Assembly: GCA_025594325.1 (NCBI GenBank)
Contig: JANHCV010000006.1
Span: 744,001-808,000 of the forward strand
Length of the DNA: 64,000 nucleotides
Direction: 5' to 3'
Source of the DNA: Blastocladiella emersonii ATCC 22665
Taxonomy: Eukaryota; Fungi; Blastocladiomycota
Below the pieces are notes generated by a model, which was not told the DNA's origin, did not search any database, and worked only from the letters and a program-made list of their open reading frames with translations. Shown piece by piece: positions 26,117-38,540 of the stretch. Every line of letters starts with the position of its first letter. Positions within the stretch are counted from its first letter, which is position 1. The position numbers and the translations under genes are program-made.

Positions 26117-28997
26117 TTACAACTATGAATGGTACAGAACATGAAGGACAAACTACTCGGTCGCCTGGCGGGCGTCGCCACGGCCATGGCCCCCGATGCC
26201 CAACGAAACAACAACCTATGCGGACAACAATGAATGGGATGGGCGAACAAAACTAGGAAAATGGGCTTACAAATCATCGACACCACTCATTCAATCACTG
26301 CTCGGCCGGTTTCTTTGTCTCCTTGGCCTTGGCCATTGCGCGGACGAGCGCGGGGTCGTCCGCGGTGCGCTTGTCGTGCATGAACTCGGCCGGCGTCAGG
26401 AAGTCTGTCCGGATCGTGTCGCGGTACTCGCGCGCGCCCGCCGCCAGCAGCTCGCGCCACACGGCCTTGATCTTGTCGGACGCCTGCTCGCCACCGACCG
26501 TGTCGAGCGCACCCGGTGCCACGGTGGGGTGCGTGCGGCCGTCGAACCACCACAGCGCGAGCAGCTTGGTGACGGCGTCGGCAAGCTTGCTGCCGGCCTT
26601 GAGGAACATGAACCCGAGCACGAGCGCGAGCGGCTTGAGCTGGGCCGGGTACGCGGCGGCCACCTCGTCGAGCACCGCGAGCCGCTCGAGCTCGTCGTCG
26701 GGCAGCGCTGCCGCGACGAACTGGTACAGCTGGCCGATCGTCACCTTGGTCGTATCGGCCATCTTCTCGGCATCGGTCGTGCCACGGAGCAGCGCCACGG
26801 GGATCGGGCGCGACCCCCACCACACGAACTCGACCGGGCACAGGGTGCGCGACACGCTGACGGGCGTCGCGAGCATGACCTGGCCCGACGTGCCGCACTT
26901 GCGCGCGGCCGAGCTCGACCACGCGTACTTGTACAGGTCGACGGCGAGGTGCGACGGCGCGAGGTGCGTCGCGATGTTCTTGGCCTGAGCGCGGGCGAGC
27001 GACGCCGTGGCCGGGAACACGCGGAGCAACGTGAGCATGGCGTGTGCCAGGCGCGCCACGGCCGGCGACTGCGCGAGCGGACCGTCCTCGACCTCGACGA
27101 CCTGGTTAATTGCCGGCGCGGCGCCGGCGTGAATCTAGGTCGTGGCGACGACTGGCGATGCCGCGGGCGCCGAGTTGACGACGACCGAGACCTGGACGGG
27201 CGCGAGCACCGACGGGACCGCGGCGAGCTCGGGCTTCGGGACCGCGGACGTAGTGGGCGCGATGGGCGCCTCGACGTGGACGACATGGCTGATGGCTGAC
27301 GACGTGGCGGCGGTGGGGATCTCGGTCGCGGCGACGGCCGGCGATGCCACGGGCGCCGAGTCGACAACGACCGAGATCTGCGCCGGCGCGAGCACCGACG
27401 GGACCGCGGCGAGCTGCTCGGGCTCCGAGACCGCGGTCGTGGTAGGCGCGATGAGCGCCTCGAGCTGCTGGACCGAATCGTCCTGCTGTTCGACCGGGTG
27501 CTGCAGCTGGACCGCCGACTGCTCCTGCTGGTGCTCGACCGAGAGCTGCTGCTGGGCGGCGAGCGCCGCAGCGACACCTTGGGCAATGTCCTCGGCGACG
27601 CCCGAGTCGCGGCGCTCCCGCTCGACGGCCTCGACGGGGCCGTCCTCCATAATATCCTCCTCGACGATAATGGCGATCGGGTCGACCGCCTGGATCTTGG
27701 GCTCGGCCTCCGGCGTGAGCGACGACGAGATCGGGAGCGGGATCTCGGTCGTCGGGTCCGTGGCCACGAGCGACTCGGTGGCGAGCCCCTCGTCCTCGAA
27801 ATCGGTACCAGCGCCGTCGGCCTGCGCAGCCGTCGTGGAGCTGGCGCTGGTACTGGTACCGACCTCGGAAGCTGTGCCAGCCGGCGGCGTCGAGACCGAC
27901 GCGACGGCTGGGCTTGGAGCCGCCGCCGCCACCACCTCGACGTCGTCGAGCGCGAGACTGCTGCTGTCACGTCAGCTGCTGCGCCGCGAGCCGAAGGTGG
28001 TGGTAGCGGAGGTAGTGCTACGCGAGGGAAGGAATGTGTGTCAGTCGGATTCGCTGTATCGAGAGCAGTGACAACTCGGTGCAACGTACAAGTTTTTGAC
28101 CGACAGGTGCTGCGACGTCGACTGCTGCTTGGCGAGGCGGGCCATGGAGGTGGCCGGGGACGCCGAACGAGCAGGAGCCGAAGCCTGAGCCGCCGCCGTC
28201 TTGGCCATCTTGGCCGCCTTGGCCGCGCGCTTGCGGCCGGGGACGAGTCGACCGAACGCCGTCTTGATGCACGCCGCGAGGCGGTCCATGGGCGACCGCT
28301 GCTTCGCGGGGCCCGCGCCCGCCGCCGCCGTGGCCGAGCCAGCAGCCACGTTGAGGGTATGGGTATGGACGGCAGCGAGCGGGACCTTGGGCGCGCGCGA
28401 CGACGATGAGAACAGCGACGACTTCTTGGCTGCCGGCTTGGGCGACACGGTGGACCGCGCCGACGACTGCGACTGCTTGTTGAAGTCTGAATCGCACTCT
28501 TCGGGGTCCGTCAACCAAGTTGGGAGGCCGCGTTCGCGACGACGGCTGAGCGCTGCGCGTTTCATGAGCTTCAGCATCGCGTTGCGTCATGATTGCCGTG
28601 GTTCACCCCTGCGTAGAACCTCTGGGTATCGAGAGCATGGTGATTGGCGGTGGATTGCAACGGAACTAGCGTTGCAACGCGTAACGCGTTGCGCGACGCG
28701 ACGCGCCACACACGTGACGCTTGAGCCACTTCGCGTTCTTTCGCGTTTCGAACGGTTTCTGACGGGCCCCGACCCTAAAAGACTGCAAGCGACTTGGTGC
28801 AACGTAACATAATTGCAAATCCCGAACCCAAGCGCCCAGTCTTAAAGTGTGCCCGGAATGTGTGAGGCGCCCATCGAGTCCGGGACGCGACGGCGTCCAG
28901 CGTGCGCCAGAATCAGTGAGTTGGGGGCTCCACGAGTGCGTTGAGTCGGGATGCCTCTCTGTCGAAAGTTCGTCTACGGTTGACATCAGTGAAGAAT
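26117..28997 (-). repeat. Right arm of the ~2.9-kb inverted repeat
   Basis: Reverse complement of 709-3589. Confidence 0.97.
26295..28577 (-). pseudogene. Second copy of the stop-interrupted IR gene
   Basis: Mirror of 1129-3411; same TGA (27972-27974) and TAG (27135-27137). Confidence 0.75.
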
Positions 28998-29032
28998 TAA
29001 GAAATACATTGAGGATCAAGTCCTGTTCTGCG

Positions 29033-29736
29033 TCACGAGTGTTGCCAGCCTCGCTGCTCCTGGTAGTAGCAGGGAGGGTAGTTGGCAATGCCCGTCCTGC
29101 GAGCACGCATTTCAGCAAAGTCACAGCCGGCCGAGACGATAGCTTGATCTGCTTGCTCGACGCATTCAAAGAGTTTGTCAAAGGGGGTCCCAACGATTCG
29201 TTTAAGATCTGCCGCCTCGCCAAGAAGCGTGATAGCGCCTGCAATCGTGGCGAATGGCGAGAGGAAGCCGTGGTCCGTGAACTCACCTCCGAGCTTGGCG
29301 GCCGAGGCGTTGACGAGGTCCAGAACCTCCCCCCCCCCCCCCCCCGCACGCGCCAAGAAGGCGTAAAGGTCGATGAGGCGCGGCTCAAGCTGAGCGAGGA
29401 CGACATGTTACTTGCTCGGACGGCGCGTGATTGCGTTGCAGACTCGAGCCGAGAGATTGATTGCTCTTTGAAGCTTCTGTACCGCCGACGTGACTCAAGA
29501 GTGCGCCGCCTCGTTTGTGCTTTTCAGCAGGCGCGAAACCTCGAGGACATCGTACATGCGGTCCCGAGAAGCCTCCACGACTTCCCCAAGGGTTAGCTCT
29601 GAAGCGGGCACGCGCACGCACGAAACGATGGCGCCAACGAGAGCTGGCCAGCAGCAGCACGGCGCGCGGCCCACTCCAAGTACCGAGGGCCGTGGACGTG
29701 GTCTGCAGGAGGCTCCCGTTCATCCGAGGTTGACAT
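29033..29736 (-). pseudogene. Degenerate two-exon gene of unknown family abutting the outer end of the right IR arm
   Basis: MSTSDEREPP...LAPSF, 41-nt intron 29581-29621 (GTGCGT...CTAAC...AAG), then LVEASRDRMYDVLEV... in one frame with TGA 29495-29497 and TAA 29408-29410; an in-frame G17 tract; protein-like text to 29033. Confidence 0.55.
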
Positions 29737-31360
29737 TGTGATGGACCGAGGTCGCCGACCGTCGGTACGGTGGACGAGGGAGAGTGAGTGCATACCGTGA
29801 CCGTGCCCCGCAACCCGGATGCCACGTCACGTTGAAAACTTTGACGTTCAAGCCGCCCCGTGCATTCCAAAGTCCACGTGCCACCACACATGCACGACCG
29901 TTGTAATGCGACGGCAAGTGTTGTTGTGCCAGCGTGTCTTGCGGGACGCAGCGACGAAACTGTTCCTTGCCGCCGAAGCAACGCGTCCGACGCGATGCGC
30001 CACTCACCTGATCGCTGCGCCACCTCGAGCGCGTCGAGTTCCTTCGCCGCCTCGGCACTTTTCACCCCTCCGAAGGGTCCATGAGAGCATGAAGAGTCAG
30101 CACAACCTGATGCAATGCATAAATTGGATCGCAATGAGGCATCGCCCGTGTTACCGATGCACAACTCGATGCGATCCGGCCGGTTAGCTCGGCCCTCGTG
30201 CCGGAGCATACGGAGCCCACGATCGCGGTCGTCTCGGCAGTGATTCTTCGACATAGAATGGTTCTTTGCGACCTTCGCTGCGACCTTCGCCGCGACCACT
30301 CCCGATCTCGCAGCCGTTCGTCTTCTGCATCTCATCTCGACCTCATCCCGGCTGAATCCTCTCGATCAAAATGTCTGTGCCGAGGCGCTAGCTTCGGTCT
30401 TGGCGGCGACCTCCCCCACCTTCACGATGTCGGGAGATGGTGCTCGCCGCGTGGGCACGCGTATCCGCGCGCGCGCGCTGGGAGATTTCATTGCCCGGAG
30501 GCACGGCCAATCGGCGTCGCCGACGACGACGGAGCAGCAGTTGGCCCCATGCTCGCCCTTTATCACCAAGATCCTGCGCGGCGTCGATCCCATCATCCTC
30601 GGCAGGACACCGGGTCGCGTGATTCTGTAAACTTCCCGCGTGTCGATTATTCGACTTTTCACGCTGCCGCTGCCGCAGCCCTTGTCCTTGTCGACCTTGT
30701 GAATCCAAGAACACGGCAGGCACTGCGCCACTTGCGTCACGGCAGCGTTGCAACGCGACTTGGGTGTGGGTGGGGCGCGCGGATCGCGGCGGCGGGCGAC
30801 GCGCAAACCCGCCGACCTGACTGTCCGCGTCGACCACTCAGCGTCGCCCTTCTTCCTCGCCATCTTTCAGCGCGGATCTGCTTCTGCCCCACGCGCGGCG
30901 ACCTCGGGCAATCACGCGGCCACGGTCTTCGAGACAAGGCGAAAGGGCAGGTGGCTCCGCGCCCCTCGGATGCTCCCGCATGGGCCACCTCGCCGTCGCC
31001 ATCACCGACGCTGCGGCCCGCGCCACACCGACCTTCTCCTCGTCCTTCCTCTTGCCTCTGGCTGGCTCCGGCCAGCATGGCCTCTTGCGCGCGCGTAGGC
31101 CTGCAGGTCGCCGCCGCGGCTATAACTAGCACCGCGTCCCGCCGCCCCTTCTCTCCCTGATCGTAAACCGTTCGTCTCCTCCCTCCCCTCTCTCGTTCGC
31201 GTAGATACCTGGCGTACCCGATCGCGTGTGTCGCTGGTCGACTCGCGCCGCAGCTCCGCCACTGTTTGCATTTTGATGTACGCCACACGCCCGCCGACGC
31301 GCGTTGATCAGGCCGCTGATCTTGTCTCTTCCGCCACCTAGATCTTATCTGCCCTTCGCC

Positions 31361-32596
31361 ATGACCTTGTCCTCCGCGTCTCCAACCTCATCCCTCGCGG
31401 TCCCAACCAAGCCGCCGGCGACCGCGCAGCCGCTGCACGACCGCGACTCGGCCATCTACGCGTCGTCGGCTTCGCTGTCGCTGGCCGGCGCGCCGCGGGA
31501 CAGCTACCTCGACGATGCGCCGCTGCAGCGGCAGACCATCCCAGCCCGCCGGCTCGGCGTGGCGGGGCTCGCCGTGCACCGGTCGTCGAGCACGTCGTCA
31601 GTGAGCAGCACGCTGAGCCGGCGCTCCTCCTCGGGCGGCAGCGGGGGCGGGATGTTCTTTGCCCCGCCGCCCGTGGCGCGCACGTCCATCTACCAGCTGC
31701 GCGACGAGGCGCCGCTGATCCCGGGGTACGCGGTGCTGCCCGACGGCCGCGTCGCCGACACCACGTCGCCGCCTCCCTCGCCGCCGCGGCCCGCGTCGCG
31801 CCGACTGAGCCTGCTGTACGCGCCCGTCGAGTCCCCATCCACCTCTCCCTCTCCCGCCGCCGCGGTCCTGTCCGAGGGCGTGCCGCTGGACCGGCTACCC
31901 GAGTGCTGGCAGACGTCGCTGATCGCGCTGGCGCCGTCGGCGACCGCCGCCGAGCACCTGCACGTCCTGCTCGCTTCGTTCGTCCCTGGCGACGAGGCCG
32001 CGCGCGCGCGGCTGTTCCTGCACCCCGACGACGAGACGGTCATGTACGCGCTGCGGATTCCGGGTCGCGCGCCGGCCACGGACGCGGCCGCGGTTAGCCG
32101 CAACGGCGAGTCGTGCCCGATGCCCCGCTCGTGCTGCCCGACGACGTCGCACCGCGCGATCCCGCTCGTCTCCTCGCAGCCCACGGCCGACAACGACGTC
32201 CCGCTCTCCGCGCTCGCGCCCGTCCCGCCCCCTGCCGCCGAGGACGATAACGACGAGGACACGGACCGGTACCTGCTCGCGGCCTTCATCCTGCGGAGCG
32301 ACCTGCACGCGGTATGCTTCCCACACGGCGCGCCGGTCTTTCTTGACCACCGCGCGACCCCCGCGTCAGCGTTTCCTCGCACCTCGCCGCCACCCGGATG
32401 CACGTTCGCGAACCGCGCGCGCGACCTGCACGTGTGGCTGCGCGTCGCGGTGCAGGGCATGAAGCAGAACGGGACGTGGGGGCGGCACGCGCCGCGGGGC
32501 GTGGACGTGACGGGGAAGCTGTCGTCGAGTGGGACAGCGGGTGGGGAGAGGAGGGCGTGGCGGAACAGTACCGCGGGGTGTTGCGTGGTCATGTAA
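31361..32596 (+). CDS. Unknown Ser/Pro-rich protein ending in a CaaX box (GCCVVM*)
   Basis: Long ORF with GC3-biased codons; C-terminal CVVM with an adjacent Cys; RRxS motifs. Confidence 0.7.
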   Translation: MTLSSASPTSSLAVPTKPPATAQPLHDRDSAIYASSASLSLAGAPRDSYLDDAPLQRQTIPARRLGVAGLAVHRSSSTSSVSSTLSRRSSSGGSGGGMFFAPPPVARTSIYQLRDEAPLIPGYAVLPDGRVADTTSPPPSPPRPASRRLSLLYAPVESPSTSPSPAAAVLSEGVPLDRLPECWQTSLIALAPSATAAEHLHVLLASFVPGDEAARARLFLHPDDETVMYALRIPGRAPATDAAAVSRNGESCPMPRSCCPTTSHRAIPLVSSQPTADNDVPLSALAPVPPPAAEDDNDEDTDRYLLAAFILRSDLHAVCFPHGAPVFLDHRATPASAFPRTSPPPGCTFANRARDLHVWLRVAVQGMKQNGTWGRHAPRGVDVTGKLSSSGTAGGERRAWRNSTAGCCVVM

Positions 32597-32636
32597 TATA
32601 GTATATTAGCTATCTGTGTGTGATTCGATTGTACAA

Positions 32637-34403
32637 CTAGCGACGGGAAGCAGCGAGGCGGCGCAGGCCCAGCAGCACCAGGACCGCAGCGAGCGCGCGG
32701 GAACCCGTCGCGTTTCGCACGAGCCAGCGCAGGAGCGGGAGCATCCACGCGCGCGCGCCGTAGAACCGCGCGACCGCGTCCTCCTTGGTGTCGGGCTTGG
32801 GGACGGCGCGGGGCACGGCGGCGGTTGCGGCGGGAGGCGCGACGGGCCGCTGGGTGCGCGGGCGGCCACGCGTCGACTCGGTCTTCTTCGGGGCAGCGAC
32901 GGGAGCCGCAGCGGCCGGCACGACAGCCTCGTCGTCGTCGGTGACGGGCGACGCCGACCCCGCGACCGTGGTCCCGTCATCCACCTCGTCCGCGTCCGCG
33001 TCGCTGAGATCCGCGACGCCGCTATCGCGCTGCGGGCTCGCGGGCACTTTCTTGCCGACACCGTGGTGCTCGAACCCGCGCACCGTGATGGACTCGGCCT
33101 CGAGCATCGCTGTGAGCCACTGGCCGTAGACCTCGGTCGACCACCGCTTCGGCTTGACCCCCGTGAAATGGCCGATATGCCCGCCGAGCCGCGTGGTGCC
33201 GATCATGACAAACGGGTTCCGGTCCGCCGCCGCGAACGGGATGGCGCGGAGCGGGGAGATCGGGTCGTCGAGTGCGTTGAGGCAGAAGAGCGGGACGCGG
33301 ACTCGGTCGACGTAGTTGCACGACGAGGCCGCGCGGTAGTAGTCCTCGACCGTGTGGTAGCCGAACAGGACGCGGGTGACGCGGTCGTCAAACTCCCACA
33401 CGTGCTTTGCGGCCATGACGCGGTCGTGGCGGATCTGCGGGTGCGTGCTGATGACGTGCGCGTGGCGGGCGTACGCCTTCTTGAGATTCTCGGCGAGCGC
33501 CTTCGAGTACACGCGCGAGATGGGCGTCGACAGGATTTCTTCCGCCGACAGCAGGAAATCGAACGGGTTGCACACGCTCGCGGCCGCGGCGAACGGCGCG
33601 TTCTCGCCCTCCTCGCCGAGGTACTTGACGAGCACGTTGCTCCCGAGCGAGAACCCGATCGCGCCCAGCTTCGCGCGCGGGATCACGCCGCGGACGTGGC
33701 GCAGCGCGAACCGGAAGTCGTCCGTGTACGCGCCGTTGTACAGCTGCGGGGTGCGGAGCTCCGAGTCGGCGCACCCGCGGAAGTTGACGACGACGCACCG
33801 GTACCCGCGGGTCGGCGACATCAGGTAGTGCACGAGGTCCTGTACGTAGCTCTCGTGCGACCCGCCCGTCAGGCCGTGCAGGACGACGACCGTCGTCGTA
33901 TCCTCGCGGTACGCGGGCGCGCCGCGCGGCGGCTTCGACCAGTCGACCGCGATCTGCCCGCCGTCGGGCGTGTCGAGCAGCTCGCGGTAGTACTCGGCGC
34001 GCCCGTCGATGGTCCCGAGCGACGCGTACCACGTCTGCAGGTGGCCGAGCGCCAGGAAGAAGGTCGGCGTGAACGGGACGCTGAAGGACGGGCACGCGAC
34101 CGATAAATACTCGCGCAGGGACCACACCGAGACGTGGCGGGCATCGGTCTCGTCGCCATCGGCGGTGCCCGAGCGGCGGCGCCGGCCAGAGACGACCGTC
34201 ACGTCGTTGCTCACGCCGTGCAGGACGAGCGGGCACGCGGCGTTGTAGTTGAGGTACGCGAGCGCGAGCACGGCGATCGAGGCGGCCGCCGCGAGCGCGG
34301 CGAGGGACAGGCTCACGAACGTGTCCCACGCGGGCAGCCGCGCGGCGGCGGTGGCGAGCGCGGCGCGCAGCGGGGCGGGGAGGAGCGCTTCTAGTTGTTC
34401 CAT
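32637..34403 (-). CDS. AB-hydrolase family 4 esterase/acyltransferase (Eht1/Eeb1/ABHD1-3/YheT-like), 588 aa
   Basis: LGHLQT, TPDGGQIAVDW, HGLTGGSHESY, nucleophile GFSLG, NALDDP, GGHIG; N-terminal hydrophobic anchor. Confidence 0.92.
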   Translation of the reverse strand: MEQLEALLPAPLRAALATAAARLPAWDTFVSLSLAALAAAASIAVLALAYLNYNAACPLVLHGVSNDVTVVSGRRRRSGTADGDETDARHVSVWSLREYLSVACPSFSVPFTPTFFLALGHLQTWYASLGTIDGRAEYYRELLDTPDGGQIAVDWSKPPRGAPAYREDTTTVVVLHGLTGGSHESYVQDLVHYLMSPTRGYRCVVVNFRGCADSELRTPQLYNGAYTDDFRFALRHVRGVIPRAKLGAIGFSLGSNVLVKYLGEEGENAPFAAAASVCNPFDFLLSAEEILSTPISRVYSKALAENLKKAYARHAHVISTHPQIRHDRVMAAKHVWEFDDRVTRVLFGYHTVEDYYRAASSCNYVDRVRVPLFCLNALDDPISPLRAIPFAAADRNPFVMIGTTRLGGHIGHFTGVKPKRWSTEVYGQWLTAMLEAESITVRGFEHHGVGKKVPASPQRDSGVADLSDADADEVDDGTTVAGSASPVTDDDEAVVPAAAAPVAAPKKTESTRGRPRTQRPVAPPAATAAVPRAVPKPDTKEDAVARFYGARAWMLPLLRWLVRNATGSRALAAVLVLLGLRRLAASRR

Positions 34404-34575
34404 GGTTACTGCTGGTGGTGATACATGAGATGAATATTACGTGAGGTGCAAGGGAGAGAGAGCGGAAGCGCCGGCCGTTCCTTCCGCGACTCAGCGCGGC
34501 TCGGCTCGCTCGGAAACGGGGGGTGACATCACTCAAGCCAGCCACTATATTATCATACAAAACTGTCTCACACCC

Positions 34576-37319
34576 TCACGCGCGGCGCCCGAAATCCCAG
34601 ACGTGCACGACGCCGTCCTCGCGCGCACACACGATGCGCGTGTCGGACCCCGTCACGACGCCCGCGGACCCGCCGACCGTGTAGGAGCGGATGCGGTCGC
34701 CCGAGTCCTGGTCCCACAGGTGCACGAGCCCGTCGGTGCCGCACGACAGGATGCGCAGCGAGTCGAACCACACGCTGGTGACGGGCGCGCCGTGGTTGCG
34801 CGACAGGATGGGCGCCACGACGACGGGCGAGCTCGAGGATGGCACGTTGGCGGCCGCGGCCGCCGTCGCGTTGTACAGGTGCAGGCGGCCGTCGGCGGAC
34901 CCCGTCAGCACGTACACGGCGTGGCCGCCGTTGACGTGCACGTTGGCGACGTGGAGCCCCGTGATGGCGGGCGCGGTGCCGGGGACCGGGTCGGCGGCCT
35001 CGGGCGCGAACGTGCGGATGCACCCGCGCGTGTTGAGGTCCCACATTCGCACGACGCCGTCCTCGCCGGCCGAGTACAGGTACCCCTTGCACAGGACGAC
35101 GCGGGTCACGGGGCACATGTTGCCGTGGCACAGCGAGAAGCAAGACTTGGCCTCGAAGTCCCACACGCGGATGAGCGACGCCGCGTCGGCCGACGCGAGC
35201 ACGCCGCCGTCAAAGTGGAGCGCGGTCACGGGCACCGCGTGCCCACCCGACAGCGACCGGACGCACGCGCCCGTCGAGTAGTTCCAGATCTTGACGGTGC
35301 CGTCCATGCCGCCCGACAGCGCGAGGCACTTGGACTCGTCAAAGTGGACGCAGGTGACGGCGCCGCGGTGGCCGGCCAGCGTCTGCACGCAGGTCCGCGT
35401 CTCGAGGTTCCACAGCCGCACGAGCCCGTCCATGGCCGACGTCATCAGGTACGGCTCGTCGAGGTGGCACGCCGTGATGCGCGGCTGCAGCGACGCCGTC
35501 GGCGGCACCAGCGGGAACACGACGCAGTTGTTCTGCCGCCAGTTGCGACCGACGATCAGCCGCTCCGCGTACACGCCCTTCCAGTTGCGCCGCGACCGAC
35601 GCGACAGCGGGTCGTTGAGGTCGAGCAGCAGGTCCGTCGACACGGACGAGGAGGAGGCGGGCGCGCCCGCGGGGCCGGGCGTCGTGCCGCGCACCGCCGT
35701 GCTGGCGACCGAGGACGCGCGCGCGAGCTGGCGTGCCGCGGCGGCGGGGGCGGCCGGGACAGCAGCGCCGGCGGCCTGCGCGGACGAGGGCTTGAACCGC
35801 TTGGCGGCCGGGTGGTACGCCGAGCCGTCCTCGCTCTCGGCGCCGTCGTCCGACAGGTCGCCGGCCGACGACGGGTTGAGCAGGGCCGAGACGGGGATCG
35901 ACGAGATGACGGGCATCTGGCCGGCGCACGACGCGGGCGTGGCGGCGACGGACCGGGCGGATCCCGTGGGGAGGTTGGACACGGCGGGGGCGGCGGTCGC
36001 GGCCGGGGCGACAGACCCCTCGCGGCGGCGCTGCTCGACGGACGCGAGGGCCGAAGCCGCAGCAGCCGCCGAGGCGCCGGCGGGGTCCGAAACGCAGCGG
36101 CGCTTGCGCTTGCGGGTGAGCAGCGGCAGGCCCCATCCGCATTTGGAGCACTTCTTGTCGATGTGCTGGAGACACATTCGGTGCCACACCTCGTCGGCGT
36201 TGGCGAGGCGGGCCCAGGCGTGCGAGACCTGGGCGGCGCGGCACAGGCTGCGTGCGTCGAGGTACTGCAGCACGCGCAGGGACAGCTCGACGGGCAGCAT
36301 GCCGACAATGTCCATGCGCATGTTGGGGGCGATGGCGCGGTGCACCGTGGTCAGCTGGCGCATGCAGCACGAGTCGAGGATGCCGAGCAGCATCGCGTCG
36401 CGCGCCGCCGACGACGCGTGCGAGAAGTCGGACCACATGCGCGTCACCACGGCCTGCGCGTCGGCCGGCAGCTGGTCGAGGATCTATTTGCGGCGAGGGG
36501 AGATCAGGGAGTTAATCATGGGTTCATGCTTCAGGGGTGCGAGGAAAAAGCCGGAGCGCGAGTGGAGCTGGGATGGGATGGGATCCGGGCGAGACCGGAA
36601 CCGCGCAGCGATCACGACGATCACGTCGGTCGGCTAAACTGCGAGAGAGAGCGGCGTACCAGCGAGAAATCGGGGCGCGACTCCTGCGCGCGCACCTCGG
36701 GGCGGTGGCGGTAGCAAACGGCCGGCGGTGGTGGTGGTGGCACCGCCACGACGGCAGCGAGGGCAGCGTCGGCCTCGGGCGACGAGAAGCGCGGCACACC
36801 CCCGGCACCGCGGTGGCGGTGGTGGCTCAGGCCGAGCGACGGCGACGTGGACCCGCGCTGGTCCTGGTACTGGTACCGGTCGTGGTGGCGCGTCTGCGTG
36901 TTGGTGTGCGTGTACTCGTAGTGCTGGTGGTCGTGGTCGTGGTCGTGGACCAGCGCCGAGATGGGCGCGCCGCCCGTGCTCGCGTGCCGTGGCGGGACGG
37001 GCGCGGGCGAGCGGCGGGTGGCCGTGGGCGACGTGGATGGGGCCGCGGCCGCGGCGACCATGGAGGCGGTGGTGTAGTAGGCCGCGGCGGGACCGGCAGC
37101 AACGACGGCGGCGGCCGACAGCGACGCCATGGACGAGGAGGGCATGGCCGGCAGCGGGGCGTAGTAGCGGTGGGGCGAGGTCGAGAGCATGGTGGGCGCA
37201 GATGAGGAGGCAGCAGCCGAGGATGGATGAGCAGCAGCGGAAGAGGCAGATGTGGAGGCGGCGGGAGAGAGAGCGCGCGAGACGGCGTCTTGCAGGTGGG
37301 CGCTGGCGAGCGGGGTCAT
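34576..37319 (-). CDS. MET30: F-box/WD40 protein of the Met30/SconB/Scon-2 type (sulfur regulator)
   Basis: Exon 1 ends with CYRHRPE; exon 2 ILDQLPADAQAVVTRMWSDFS...LLGILDSCC; F-box LPVELSLRVLQYLDARSLCRAAQVS; signature CLQHIDKKCSKCGWGLPLL; WK.VYAERLIVGRNW; multiple WD40 repeats. Start codon approximate. Confidence 0.85.
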
Positions 37320-38540
37320 GGCGGGCGCTGGTATCGTTGTCGTTGTCGCTGCGCTGCTGAGCCGGGTCGAGTCGTCGCAGATGGATGCTGCTGTGTCGTT
37401 GCTGGGAGAGGCGGGAGTCGTCGAGGCGAAACGAGCGGGGTGGAGGTGGAGAGGAGGGAGGTGAGCCCGGCGGGCGGCTGGCCAACCAGCGGCCGCCGCG
37501 AAGGCGCAACCGTCACGTGCGGTGGCCTCACCGACCGCGAAGTCGGCGCCATCGCGTCGCGTCGCGCGTCGCCTCCGCCGCCCGTCGCGTCCGGTCGCGT
37601 CACCGCCGCCACGCCGCCGCCGCACCCGAACCCTCGGCCGTGTGGTCGACAACGGCCACCCGCGTTGCCGCCCGCGTTGCGTCGCTCCCTGGGACCCGGC
37701 CCGACCATGGCGCCATCGCCGCCGCTGGCCGCGGTCACCAGGTCCGTGCCCGGTGGCTCAGCTGATGCGGATTCTCACCCGTGTGGCGGTGGCACCGCGC
37801 CATCGGCGTGACGTGTGCGCGAGAGAGACGAACAAGGCAAGCGTGGTGCGGCGGCCATGGCGCCATCGGGCTGCGCGGGTGACCGAGTCGGCCATCGTGC
37901 GAGTGCTGGCCAGCGACCGCGGACGGCAGACCAGGACGTGCTCAGGGACGTGCTGCGCCACCGCGATCGAGTCGAAGGGAGAAACGGTTGAGGTGCCACG
38001 TCAGGCATGGAGCTCGGTGCACGAGTTGCAACGTTCCTATCGTACCGTATCGAAGTGGCTCAGCCGTGATGGAGTGCTGATCGGAGGACGGCAGTGAGTC
38101 GGTTGGATCGGCCGCGGGCAAGGGGAGAGGGGACCGCGCTGGGGACCGCGACCGCCTCGCGAACCCATGGGCAACGCGGGTCTCTCGAGTCGTGCCGGCG
38201 ATGGCCGCGAGGAAGCTCAGAACGCGAGTTGAAACGTGGCCGTCGCAGGCGGCTAGCGACGGGTCAGCCGGTCCCACGTGACTGGCTCAACTTACCTCGA
38301 CGCCCTGCGCCCGCGTCGCCACCGCCCACGCGCTGCCCGCCGAAGCCACGCGTCGACCACCAACCCGAAGAAACGGTGACGAGCTGAATTTGACGGACTG
38401 CCACTAGCTGCACTCCCACGCATCTCTACGCAATCGACGTCACGCACGCGCGCCCGACCGCGAGCTCCCCGCCACTCGCCCGTCCACCACCACCCGCGTA
38501 ACGGCGCCCCCGCCCTCGACACGCACCTACCGCCGCCACC

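Noticed and set aside
29329-29345. C17 homopolymer
   Set aside because: Simple slippage tract in a pseudogene (poly-Gly in frame); length unreliable and uninformative.
30198-31160. Possible gene in the 30.2-31.2 kb interval
   Set aside because: Several frames on both strands look equally plausible; no motif, clear start or splice pattern.
36880-36960. His-Asp (HDHDHDHQH) repeat in the Met30 N-terminus as a metal sensor
   Set aside because: Short microsatellite-like tract in a low-complexity, non-conserved extension; no support beyond composition.
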